Of a stretch of DNA of 64,000 bases, positions 49,250 through 62,510 are shown one piece after another. The notes under the pieces were generated by a model, which saw only the letters and a list, made by a program, of their open reading frames with translations, searched no databases and had not been told where the DNA came from. Position numbers and translations under genes: made by a program. The number at the start of each line of letters is the position of its first letter. Position 1 is the stretch's first letter. Source of the DNA: Octopus sinensis (taxonomy: Eukaryota); NCBI RefSeq assembly GCF_006345805.1, contig NW_021833432.1:1-64000 (forward strand), in the 5' to 3' direction.

Positions 49250-51010
49250 ATACGTCGGACATTTTCCTTTTTCATTACTAGTATCCTTCGATGTTGTCAA
49301 CCTCTGCTCTAATATGCCCCACAGCCTAGGAACAGAGGCAATCCAATTCTGGATAGAAAATTACTCCAATAAACTCCCACACTGCATCAAAAAAGAATTC
49401 GTAGTAGAAGGGCTAAAATTCATCTTGGAGAATAACCTTTGCGTCTTCAAAGACAACATCTATCGACAAAAATCGGGGACAGCTATGGGTACGAGAATGA
49501 CCGCCTCCTTTGCTAACCTAGTCATGAGATATCTAGAAATCAGTCTTTATCGTAAGGTACTAGAAAAATACGGCAACCCATTCTGCCTCTACGTAGAAAA
49601 TAACTGGAAGAGGTATCTGGATGATTGCTTCATTCTTTGGCATGAAAGTATAGAAAGACTTAAAGAATTTCAAGTGCTTCTAAATGAACCTAATATAAAC
49701 ATTCAATTTACGATGGAATATAGCCATCAACAACTTCCATTCCTCGACATCCTTATTAAGAAATTCAACAACAATATAGAAGCGGACATATACTATAAGC
49801 CCACGGACTCCAAGCAATATCTACCGTTCAACTCATGCCACCCCAGACACACTACAATGAATATCCTCTTCAACCTGGCAAAAAGGATTTGTATCATAGA
49901 ATCTAACTAGCAGTATCGCCCGGCGTTGCTCAGGTTTGTAAGGGAAATAACTATAAAGCATTTTTAGAGAGTTATAGCCAAAAAATAGCAAAAAATGGAA
50001 AAAAATGATGGTAAATTTTTTTGAGAGTAAAAAAAGGTGGAGTTGCGTCCCCTAGACAGTTTGCGGTTTGTGTTTCTGATTCTCGACCCCATGTCGAATT
50101 TATCGATTTTTTTCAGAACTGGGGGAACTTTTCAAAATTTTCGCTGCGTTAGTTTTGAATTATGACATTGGGTTATGTATGTGTTAAGTTTCATCAGAAT
50201 CGGTTGAAAGCCGTGGTCAGGGTGAGGGTACAAGCAAACAGACACACAGAAACACGCACAGACAAACTGCCGTTTATATAGAGAGAGATACAAGCACCAA
50301 AGACACACGACTATATAGCCTAAAGGATACACTCATCAGCAGGAACTACCCACCTTCACTAATTGATATAGGCTTTCAACGTGCCCTACAACTCAACATC
50401 CTCGAACTCAGACATCCCAAACTAAGGAAGGATTTACAAACAAAAGCTCTTCTATACATCTCCACACACAACCGCCTTAACAATGAAGCCTTCGACACCA
50501 TCCTCCAGAACATTCATCTACTAAAAAGTGACACAGAATAAATATAATCCTTCAAATGCATACCATCATAAAGAGTAAAAGACAACCTAAGTCAATGAAA
50601 ATTCTCCAAACACAAGCCCAGCTACACTCGGCAGCAACATTAAAGGCGTGGGTAAAAAAATGTGGAAGATCTAACTGTGGTATATGCGTCAACCTAATTG
50701 AGGGATCGGAGTTCATATGTGCTTCGGAAAAAGTAATATATGTATAAACTTACTCAGGGTGTCGAGAGCAATATATAGGCCAAACCAAAAACAGTCTACG
50801 CCAAAGGATGATCCTACATAGATCCCAGATTAAAATTCGGGAATACAGAAAAAAAGCATTCGGCGAACACATCGATATTTACGCCATAAACGAACAATTG
50901 AACTTCAGAAGTTTCCTCTGTATAAATTCAGGGACGATGCAACCTATAATCAGCGCATTAGCAAAGAGCTATATTTAATCGCAAAATATAAGCCCTTTTG
51001 AATGCGTCCA
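49250..51010 (+). mobile_element. Penelope-like retroelement: RT, thumb, linker and decayed GIY-YIG; interrupted by a Helitron
   Basis: LVSFDVVNLCSN, GTAMGT, RYLDD, LPFLD, YKPTDSKQYL.FNSCHP; then RNYPPSLI, KCGRSNCGIC, CREQYIGQTKNSLRQRM. Confidence 0.92.
49907..50288 (-). mobile_element. Non-autonomous Helitron
   Basis: Minus strand begins TC and ends CTAG after a GC-rich hairpin-like segment (cgccgggcg); inserted in an AT dinucleotide with no TSD; removal restores the PLE frame. Confidence 0.85.
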
Positions 51011-51418
51011 CCACAAATGACACTACTACAAGGGCCTTAGAATAATACTCACGCAAATATTAAAAACGATATATTCTGAACAGTCACTATCCATGAATTT
51101 ATTCAGAACAATTCCAATCACTACTGCTATAACCACAATAAGTCACCTTTAGGGCACTTGAACATTTAAGAAAAATCTACTAACAGGCTATTACTGCCAT
51201 ACCATTCCCGTCTTTTCTTCTTCTTCTTCTTCTTCCTCATCATCCTCATCATCATCAGCATCATCATTATCATTATCATCATCATCATCTTCGTTGTCTC
51301 CTTCCTCAACTACTCCTGCTTAAACAGCCTAAATCCAGAACCAACCTCTCTCATATTAAATATTTCCTCAGATTTGCTACTACCTACCAACCGAGCCTCC
51401 ACAAAAGTAAGAGAGAGT

Positions 51419-51452
<34 letters not shown>

Positions 51453-51744
51453 CAAAGAGAGAGAGAGAGAGACAAAAAAAGAGAGAAAATGTCCCACGTA
51501 TTTGAAAGCTATGGAAACATATAAAAAAACACAATTCATTTAATTTTTCCTCAATTTAATTGTTTTTTCATGCTTTACTAGAAAATGTTGAAAAAGTCTC
51601 AAAGACTGAAACCGGTACTAAAATGTTCTTCGTGATAAAAATATTTTGCCATTTGCTATCTAGTCTTATTTTCCTTTATATATATATATTATATATTATA
51701 TATATATATATACATGCACAAGCACATATATATACTTTATGATA

Positions 51745-51792
<48 letters not shown>

Positions 51793-52655
51793 TTATCATT
51801 TATGTTTTTATATTGTACATATTAAAAATAATACAAATGTGTCGACTCGATGCTGACAAACTGAAAGTCCTTTAAAGAGTGAAAGCCGTCTCAAATGAGA
51901 TATATTTGCGCGTAACTTTTATGTAGAATAATTCTTTGTTTGACATAAAAGAGACAAAAGAGTGAGATAACGACAGAAGCTATAACAAAAGTTCAGAACA
52001 AGAGAGAGAACGAGGTGGAGAGAGAAGGAGAGAGAGAGAGAAAAGGGGGAGAGAAAAGGGGGAGAGAAAAGGAGTAAGACTTGGGGAGATAGAACCATAG
52101 TTTGAGATGAAGAGAATGCATACAAATTATTTCAATTAAGCATGAAGATATACATTGATAAATGGCAAGGTATATAGGTCGATGTGAAAGGTGTTTCAAA
52201 AGAAGGTGTTAGAGACGGAGTTGCCGAAGATGAAAAGAAATAAAAAAGAATAAAAAGAATGAAGAAAGAAAGAATGAAAGAAAGGAGAGAAAACGAAAGT
52301 AAAAAAGAAGAAAATAGAAGTAAACGAAGGGAAGCGTAAAGTTTATCGGCAGTATACATGAAAGGAAATCTAGAGAATTGAAAGATATGTTCTCATTAAG
52401 TTGATTGTTCGTCCTTAATTCTGATTAATATATATTATATATATATATATATGAGACGTTGCTGGAAAGACAGTCCGACATTTTCAATTCTTCGTAGATA
52501 CCTTTGAAGTTTATTCCTTGATAATGCTTTAATTCTTCGCTTGCACACAATATCTTCAAATATATTCTTCGATTTCTTTCACTTTAGGCGTTCTTTGTTA
52601 CAAATTATTTCTATTATTGGATTTCTGATATTGCTTTAAGACGTCAGCCGTCTTC

Positions 52656-52765
<110 letters not shown>

Positions 52766-53483
52766 GTTCGTGTTCTTGTTTGTTCTTGACAAAAGGCATC
52801 TTCAATTAAATTGACCTAATTAAATGACTAATAATTATTAACGAGTCAAACAGATTTCGACGTGGACATAGCCTTGCTTGCAGTAAATCGTGGTCAACTC
52901 TTCTCCATTTTTATTATACGGCCGTGTTTTAGGCAAGGAAAAAAATGGAACATCTCCACTACATCCACATCAACAACACTTGTTGCTCCATTGCCACACA
53001 CACGCCGAAACTCCGCCGTCCAAACCACCACCACCACCACCTGTACGCTACCGGATACAACGCCAAAAGTCAACGAAATCGTCGCTGCCACCACTCCCAC
53101 TTCAGTCACCAACGTTGCCGCTGTTGTCATCGTGACCCCACTGTTATCCCCACACCGAACTAACGTTGACATCACCACCACCACTGCCACCCTTTATAAC
53201 CGACCATGTATCAGCTAATGGTACTTTACATACTAAACTCGCGAGCCATTATGAAATCCTATCCTAGTCTTTATTCCACTAGTCAAACTGTATTCCACTT
53301 ATCAAACGGTAGCAAGTCTCCATAAGCCTATAATGCAGTTGGCGTTGGTTTAACATAAGCTGATACGTAACACCTCTGACACAAGCGTCAAAATTGGCAA
53401 CTGAAGTAGGAATGTCTTATTCGTCGTGATGGGCACCGCGAAAAATATCAACAAAACAGCACAGAAAAGAGCACAGCTCCCAT

Positions 53484-53765
53484 GACTTCCGGAAACATTT
53501 TTTCACGCTGAGAGTTGCATGGAACAAACTGCCGGCATCAGTTGTTAGTTGTCGGAGCACTGCATCCTTCAAAACTTCCATGCTTTCTGAGATTCGCCAA
53601 CACTACACCTGATTTTCTCCCCTCCATACACACACAAGCATGTATCTTACTCATACATTGTTTGCTTTCCAGACATTTGTACATTACTGCATATACTCTA
53701 TACGCACTTTCTGACAAGTTGTGTTGCACCTGAGCACTGTATACAATAATTTCATTATTATATAA
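53484..53765 (+). mobile_element. CR1/L2-group LINE 3' end
   Basis: FRKHFFTLRV..WNKLPASVVSCRSTASFK, followed by a 3'UTR and (att) tail. Confidence 0.75.
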
Positions 53766-53791
53766 ATTACAGAAAGATCTATAAAACTGAT

Positions 53792-54628
53792 CCGCAAGGT
53801 GCGTTCGAAATGTATCCCATTTACATTTTTCAGCCAAAACAAATGCCGCATTGGAAAAATTCTCTGGGTAAGAGGTGACGTCACTCTTCCTGCGCATGCG
53901 AGAACACTTTTGCGCCGGTAGGTCACGTCAGCTCCCAGCTGTTACGCCTAGATTATAAATACGAAGTGCGCGCTCATGGATTTTCGTTTTCACCAAACGT
54001 ATCGAGCAGAGACAATGAACTCATGTCTCATCAGCTATGATGATGGCCTTCGTGAAGTCTGGGTCGTGGTTTGCAGAGACCAACATGTCCTGAGTGATTT
54101 TCATGTGGAAATGCTTGAGGACAAATTTCGCCAACACTCTGCGCACGTACAAGTCCAAATGGATTGAACTGGTCCTATACTTTTTCCCATGCCATGAGGA
54201 AAATCTTGGATTGTTGCAAGGCAGTCTTCACCGAGCTTTCTCAATCGGCTCCTAATTCCGAATTGTGGAAGGCCTGGTTGAGTGTGCTTCGCTCTCCACT
54301 GAGGCGCGGCCATATTTATAACGGTTGTACCGTTCCTTGATCTGAGTTTTAACCATGGCTTCATCGCTAAAGGCCTGCTGAATATTCTGGGTGGTTTGAT
54401 GTTGAGCCTCATCAAGCTTTTGGCAAAACTTGGTGCAATATATCTACTTGATGCGTTCGGTCAAAACGAAAATCTGACATCTAAAATCTAGATGTAACAG
54501 TCGAGAGCCGACGCAGCCTATCGGCTCGAGGGTTTTCACGTGTACTCAGGAAGGGTACCGTCACCTTCCACCCTAAGGGTATTGTCCGGGGACAAATAAA
54601 ATCGGTTACCTTTTGAACGCCCTTCGTA
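53792..54628 (-). mobile_element. Internally deleted, decayed mariner (Tc1/mariner) transposon
   Basis: Minus strand TERIK*IYCTKFCQKL...QQAFSDEAM..TQIKERYNR...SVESEAHSTRPST, AKFV, IIIADET*V. Imperfect TIRs cgcaaggtgcgttcgaaatg / ttttgaacgcccttcgta, with TA at the right end. Confidence 0.85.
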
Positions 54629-55888
54629 TATTAAAATAGAGTATCCAGAACAGAATTAGGAGGCTAAAACTCTTTGAATTGTAATAACTTTATTTCTGGA
54701 CAGAAACATTCGTATACATTTAACAGGTAAATCAAGTCTACCCTAGAGACATTAATAAATACTAATGGTCACATGGTACACTGAATATCCACCCCAGATT
54801 TAGAATAAAAAACAACTTGAAATATCGTAGTGTAATCGTACAGACAGAAATGTACTGAATAAATCAATCTCAAATAATAAAAAGAATTTAAAAAACAAAT
54901 ATTGAAATAAGCAAGTAGACCAAACACAAATGCAAAGCAATATATACCAGAGACACAACTATTAAATATATAAATCACACACAACTTGTAGTACATGAAT
55001 CAAATACATAGTAACGATAGAGTGGATGGACACTTAGAAAGAAATAAACGCAAAAATCTCATAAAACAGGCCACAAAACGTCTAGCACCAAGTCATGTAA
55101 TAAAACTAATAACATACTAAAAAAAATACTAAAATGAAATATCTTACCAATATCAGACCATAAGCCGGTATTTCTGAGAACAAACTACCAAGAAAAATGT
55201 CTCCAGTTCATAAATTTATAAATTTAATTGCAGGCCTGAAAGTTCTAAACTTGATGACTTCATGTATTTCTATGGGCATATATAACAGTTTTCTGCCGGG
55301 TCACCATGCAGATACAGCGAGGAATAATCGCATATTATATTATTCGATGCCTGAGTGGTTAAGAAGTTCATTTTATAATTATTTGGTTTCGGGTTTAGTC
55401 CTACAGTACGCCAAATTTGGCAAAGGTTTTCTATTACAGCCCTGGTCTGACCAATGCTTTGTGAGTTTGATTCGCGATTTAAGTTTCATGCGATTAAGGT
55501 CTTCCAGTGAAGGTTGTTAGAACGCGGTATTGGTAGAGTATGAATTTATATCCATTGGTGGGTGATAAGTTAAGATTTACCGACTTCATATTTTGATTCA
55601 AATGGACCTCGTTAGAAATTATATCATGGTTGACCTAACGGGGAATTTATTCAATTTACCACAGAGAAAAGAAAGGAAAGGTAAAATATATACAATATAA
55701 ATGCAATTATGTTCAGAGTATGGTTACGATTCAGTACCAAGGCATTCGACCTTGATATACACAGAGATATTGAACGATCGTTTTCTTCTTCACTCTGAAT
55801 GTAATCAATGGCTGATAACAGACATATCTATGTAAACACTCAAACACTCAAATGCATTCATACACGCATATATGTACATATATATCAA

Positions 55889-55980
<92 letters not shown>

Positions 55981-55993
55981 AATCAATCAATCA

Positions 55994-56035
<42 letters not shown>

Positions 56036-56053
56036 ATCTATCTATCTATATAT

Positions 56054-56106
<53 letters not shown>

Positions 56107-56114
56107 ATGTATAT

Positions 56115-56881
56115 AAACTTAGATAAACTTAGATATGTTTCGATCAAAGATTGGTCCAGGCCATGTCTAACTTAATAGCACCACCTGATAGGATTATTTG
56201 AATCCTGTTTAAGTCAAGTTTTGCTTATGGTCCATTCAAGTAGTGAGTTTTTGTTGGGTGAGTTTTATCCAATTATGGGTGGCTTAACTGGTATTCCTTG
56301 AAGGAATCTATCCAGACTCCGTTTAAAGTTGATGGGATCATTTTCCTCTTTGATCTCTTTCGGGACAATGTTAAATAGGGCAGGGCCTGTTGAGGAAAAG
56401 AAATTATGTTGCAGTGTACATGTATGCTGTGATCTTGAATTGGGCAGGGGACGTATGGCCCGTGGTCCCAGTCTTGGATGAACCTTGAAGCTAATGTTCA
56501 GGTCGTTTGGGCAAAGTTGGCGGTATATTCTCCACATCGTACAAATGATGTACCGCTCACGGCAACGCTGGAGAGAGTAGAGTTTCAAGGCTTTAAGGCG
56601 ATCCCGATAATCGAGAGGAGCCATGCCTTCAATTCGTTTAGTGAGTGCCCTCTGGGGTGATTCAATCCTGGAGATGTTTTGTATTGTATGGGGAGATCAC
56701 AGTGGGCAGCAGTATTCGAGGTGTGGCCGTACAAAGGAGGAGAAAAGTGGTATGATGACACCTTGTTCTCTGGACCGCAAAGTTCTTAAGATCCAGGAAT
56801 TCATCCTATGAGCTATATCGACCTTCTTGTTGATGTGTGCACTCCAACTGAGATCGTCATCAACAATTACACCCAGGTCTC

Positions 56882-56882
<1 letters not shown>
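56115..56882 (-). mobile_element. 5'-truncated CR1-group LINE, same family as 45890-47062
   Basis: RDLGVIV, RPHLEYCCPL, LKALKLYSLQRCRERYII, TGPALFN; tail (tatctaagtt)2. Confidence 0.9.
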
Positions 56883-56922
<40 letters not shown>

Positions 56923-57051
56923 ATAATAATGCAATACGAAATTATACGTATAAAAGTAAATAAATGGTACATCGAGGCACCGATATTTACTGGAAAATAG
57001 CAATCGTAATAAATACGACCCTATTGTATAAATATATGTACATATACATAC

Positions 57052-57095
<44 letters not shown>

Positions 57096-57139
57096 TTATG
57101 TATGTATATGTACACACACACACACACACATATAATATA

Positions 57140-57181
<42 letters not shown>

Positions 57182-57329
57182 TATATATATATGTATATAT
57201 ATATGTATATACATAACCAGACAGCCAGATATACACACACGCACACACACACACACTCATAAACACATAATTGTATACACCTACACACTGACATTGTTGA
57301 TTGTAAGCCAGAACTTAGCAAGCTCGACG

Positions 57330-57780
57330 TAATGCCTTATCCAAATAAAGTTTAGAAAATTCCAACTAGAATTAGAAGAAACGTTTAAGCTATACGGGGG
57401 ATTATTCCTTACAATAGTTTGCCTCCCGTTTTTCTGTTTATTAGAGCTGTTTCTGTTATTTACATAATGTATCGTACCTTTGAAACAACTGTCTTTTAAT
57501 GCATCATTTAATAAAGAGTGACACAGTTTAGTTCCCAATCCAGATTTAATGATCCACCGCCAGCAATTAGATATGTAAAGCGAGTTCCTAAAGAGGGAAC
57601 AACCCAATCAAACGAGTGATTTATGTGGAATCCAAGGATCCCATTGTTGTATTAAAATTGTTCTTAATTGACGTCTTATAGCTGAAAGAAATGAGAGTTT
57701 ATCTAGCCATTAATCTTAGGTCATTGTCTATTGGGGAGAAAGGTGTAAGTTTCCCAAGAAACTGAGTGATTTGTTTCGTA
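57330..57780 (-). mobile_element. Decayed Penelope-like thumb-region fragment
   Basis: IVRNNPPYSLNVSSN resembles IWFTPPYS at 19490. Confidence 0.5.
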
Positions 57781-57796
57781 AATATTTCACCTATTC

Positions 57797-57945
57797 CAGC
57801 TTTATATTTAAGAGATGAGGAATTATGTACATTATTTACATTATTTACATTTGACGGATATCATTATTTACATTTGACAAATATCCGTCAAATGCAAATA
57901 ATGTGAATAATGTACACAATTCCTCATCTCTTACATATAGAGCTG
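57797..57945. repeat. Palindrome with 65-bp arms and 19-bp loop; partial third copy at 58180-58211
   Basis: cagctttatatttaagagatgaggaatt...tttgacggatat / atatccgtcaaa...aattcctcatctcttacatatagagctg. Confidence 0.85.
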
Positions 57946-57982
57946 TATTATCTAATCGGTACAGAGCCGACGTTAGACTTCA

Positions 57983-58170
57983 GTGGGGACATATAGAGCA
58001 ACTCCATCAAAAACTACCTCGTCTTTCAATCATCTAACTTTCCTGTGTAGATGTAGAGACTCAAAGCTAATACCACCTGGCTTGAATATAATGACACCTG
58101 TGGATTCATATAAATCTAGAAGAGTAGCGGAAAGGGCAGGACATGCCCCGTTCGTGAGAGGATCCATTAC
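57983..58170 (+). mobile_element. Penelope-like N-terminal fragment
   Basis: HLTFLCRCRDSKLIPPGL resembles the recalled H..FL..C....LIP.GL motif of PLE N-termini. Confidence 0.55.
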
Positions 58171-58260
58171 ATATATGAGGACAAATATCCGTCAAATGTA
58201 AATAATGTAAATTTCGCTTTTTCTTTCATTTTTAGCCACCCCATTGCGTATGCATGCATG

Positions 58261-58304
<44 letters not shown>

Positions 58305-58345
58305 CATCCATCCATCCATCCATCCATCCATCCATCCATCCATCC

Positions 58346-58415
<70 letters not shown>

Positions 58416-60792
58416 GTGTGTTTGTGTTTATAGATGTATATACCTGTATATACGTGCAAATATACACACATACATATATTCATATAGAAATTAAATAAGT
58501 TTTCAAGAACCTAAATCTAGAGTGCAAGATATTTACAGAAGATAAATGTGTTCAGGAAATTTTGACATAGGACATTACTTTAAGAAGAAATAACTAAACC
58601 CAAAACAGACACCAACAATTTGTTTATTCAAAATAGAAGTGGATTCTCTTGTAAGCTGAAGTCTATCAAGAAAGTAAATAGATTATACCCAGAAATATTG
58701 ATGAACTAATGAGCCTTTGGTCAATAGTATGATAAAGAGTAGTCTGCAACTCTCTTGGTATCAAAATCATTTTGAAAGAAAACCGAAGGAAACAGAAATG
58801 GTCTACCAAAGATCCTAAACTTAAAAGTTTTACCAAGCAAGGTAGACAAAAGAAATCACGCCCTTAAAAACAGCTGGAGGCGGGATACTGATTCACAGAT
58901 GAAAAAGTAGGGATCTATCTGGAAATAACCGGAAAAGACAGCTTATAGGTGAGGATGATGGTGAACAGTCGTCGACGGCGTAAGCTCCATAGGAAGCGAA
59001 GGGCTCGAGAGGAAGACGTTGTCTAATATTTCCTTCCTGTTTTAAAGATGGAGTCACGTGATTCGTGGAAATTTGGTCGTTATTCTAAGTATGCAATCAG
59101 ATATTATCGATGGCATTGACAATGAGTGATTCAGGGTGTAAAGCGTTACTTAGAAAACCATACAGGAGTGATAATTTCTTCTTTAACTACGTGTTTTTCT
59201 GAATTATATTACACTAGGTAGTAAAACAGTCATGGCACTTGAATTTGAACTTTTGAACAAGAAAGGAACTACATGAAAATTTGTCAAAGCACCTCGTACA
59301 AAATTGTTGAGACTTCTCTTATGCTCTGTTGTATTCGCATGCACCTTATTATGTACTTCTGTCGCACATACGAACACACAGACACACATATTATAAGCAT
59401 GCATTCATGACACAACACTATGCTAATAATCACAAATCACTTTGTACACTGTGAATAAAATCTATCTTCTCTTTATAAAAGTAGTCGGTTTTTGGCGTCC
59501 TTTATTCATTTACTTTGGCACTGTATATAAACATGTAGTGTGGCTTATAAAATATGTTATGTTGGGATGCGGCCGTGCGCTGTACAAGAGGAGAAATATG
59601 TCACCAAACTCCTCACGTACGGTCGTAGTCTAACAAATTCTTTAGGAGCCATATTAGTGAAGAACCCTAGTTTGTTAGGGTTCAAATACTGATGCCCAAG
59701 TCAGTACTAAGTTTTCTCTTTTAATACCGAGACTATTGAGAGAAAGAAAAGAAATTCTCAGTCTAGAGACCTGGCTTAAATGCTTACAAAAATCTCAGCT
59801 ACACTAAAGTTCCACAAGTGTCACGTGGGAGTGTTATATAGGGTGACATACCACATTTCCTCTTCAAGAAATAGTATGATCTTTAAGCAGACTTCCACAC
59901 AGTTTCCATTTACCAATTTCCATTTGAAAGGCTTTTGTCTTTCGGAGCGTATGGTAGAAGGTGCATTTTTCAGTTACTGTCCGGCAAAATCGAATCTGAA
60001 GCTACACACGTAGCTGCGAATCGATCTTCTGAATATCACGACGAACACCTGCCTTTTATATACATCAGCCTATATATTGATGGTTAATACATACTTGCAT
60101 GAAGTTGAGAGTAAGAACAGAAAAATGGCGAAGGAATTCAAACAGAAAAAATAAACATTTTGATCACAAAATAAAATGAGTTATACAAGTTAATCTGAAA
60201 AATAAAGGGATTTCTGCCAGGAGACAGTTATTGAATTTTAGTTGGTTTAACAATCCAACCGACCGAAATCCAACTAGTGGCTTAGAAAATGAGTGAAGCT
60301 TGCAAAAGCACACCCTGGAGCGGGTATCAATTCAAACCATAATCGAATAGTTAATTAAATTACAAATCAACCTTAATAAAATGAAGATGGTTAAAATATG
60401 AGAATAATTAATTAAACTTGCAAAAAGAGACAGAATGCTAACAGAAATGTAATGCGGGGCAGTAGGAAGCAACTATGAATATTTATACAGTGAAGAAGAA
60501 ATATAAAAATCTTATAATAAAGAACAAAACGAAGAAGGATTTAACACACAATTGGCATGTAGCATGTTACTAAAGAAAACATTGTTTGAATGGGGGGGGG
60601 GAAGCAAGAGAAGAAAACGGGGGATTGATTAAATTCCATTAAACAATGAAAGACGACATGAAATACAATAATAAAGATTGAAGATCAACATTGTCATAAT
60701 ATCCTAAATAAAGAGATGTGTTTTGCATTATCAAAGCAGAAGCCAAATGGCCAGATGGTCAATGCTAATTCAAATGCCAAGTATTTGCATAT

Positions 60793-60956
60793 AGGCGCAG
60801 GAGTGGCTGTGTGGTAAGTAGCTTGCTAACCAACCTCATAGTTCCGGGTTCAGTCCCACTGCGTGGCACCTTGGGCAAGTGTCTTCTGCTATAGCCCCGG
60901 GCCGACCAATGCCTTGTGAGTGGATTTGGTAGACGGAAACGGAAAGAAGCCTGTCG

Positions 60957-60989
<33 letters not shown>

Positions 60990-61207
60990 TTGTGTGTCTG
61001 TGTTTGTCCCCCTAGCATTGCTTGACAACCGATGCTGGTGTGTTTACGTCCCCGTCACTTAGCGGTTCGGAAAAAAGAGACCGATAGAATAAGTACTGGG
61101 CTTACAAAGAATAAGTCCCAGGGTCGATTTGTTCGACTAAAGGCGGTGCTCCAGCATGGCCGCAGTCAAATGACTGAAACAAGTAAAAGAGTAAAAGAAT
61201 AAAGAGT
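60793..61207 (+). mobile_element. SINE family A, full length
   Basis: As 3813. Confidence 0.9.
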
Positions 61208-62139
61208 ATTTGAGAATTTCTATGAACAGAAAAAAAAAACCGGAAGAAATCTGAGATAAAATAAATGTGATCTGCAACAAGTGAATGTGTAATCTCTGCG
61301 GTAAGGTTAAGGACAAAAGAGGATCAATGTTAGATAATGGGAAGTTTGAGTGAATACGTAAGAACGAATAGATAAGGATGATAAGAACAAACTGTCGGTG
61401 TCCTGTTTTCAGGGTTACTAATGAGAATAAAATGTTAAAAGAAGAAAAGGCAAGGAGAACAATGAAAGAAGGAAGGTAGCCAATTGTGGACGATGAAATA
61501 TAAGATCATAGAGAGCGGGAAAAAGGACTAAATAATCAGAACTAAGGGTGATGCAATGAAAACTATGAGACGGGTTACATACGAGTCGAGTATGAATAAC
61601 CAATCATTGTTGCATTACCAAGATTAGAAGACATGACTCACAAAGCTTCGAATCATAATTCAAATGTCACGTCACTAAAGTAAAGAAAGAGACCAAAAAA
61701 AACCTCTTAACAAAGAATTACCTGAAGAATAAATGAAGAAATAAGTCAAATGTAAAGCGATTTTAGACCAGGATCCATCACGTGCAACATATATATAATG
61801 TAAAATATAATGTAAAATAAAACAATGAATCAAACCTATGATCCAAGTCTATGATCGACCCATCCTACTCTTGGGCATTGCATTTCTAGTATTATGTTAT
61901 CTCATGTTTTCTTTTCCGAAGACAAATGAGTATAATTATAAATAGATTCTGGTGCCATTTCTAGCAGATTGAGCAGCTATATAGACACCATCGTTGCTGT
62001 CGTTTTCTTCTTCTTCTTCTACTTCTTCTTCCAATCAGGACTCACGCCAGTAACCACAAGGAATAATCTCTAATTCGAGCCTATTCTAAGATGCTAAGAA
62101 TGCGTGTGGCTACTTTAAGATCCACCCACCACACGCGAT

Positions 62140-62510
62140 TGACTGGCGGTTGCACGGGTGCGAAAGCTACGTTGTTATCATCATTCCGTAAACGGTGGCT
62201 TTTAACGGGTGGAGAGCTGAATTATCCTGGGGTACAGAGGATTCGCAATCTAGACTAGGGTCTGAAAGGTTACCACACCTTAGTGGGTTACACCATGGTT
62301 CCTCTGCTTTGTGGTAGAAATAGGAAGAAAGAGCGAGAGAAAGTTGTGGTGAAAGTACAGCGGGGTACAACCCCCCCTCCGCTGCTGCCTTGTGGACCTT
62401 AGGTGCTTTTGCTCAATAAAAAAACTCACAATGTCCGGTCTGGGAATCGAAACCGCGTTCTTATGACCGCGAGTCCGCTGTCCTAACCACTGGGTCATTG
62501 AACCTCTACT
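62140..62510 (-). mobile_element. SINE family C, diverged
   Basis: Reverse complement of the 3385 head and body. Confidence 0.75.

Noticed and set aside
52862-53218. Thr-rich mucin-like ORF
   Set aside because: Derived from degenerate (ACC)n; no convincing donor or partner exons.
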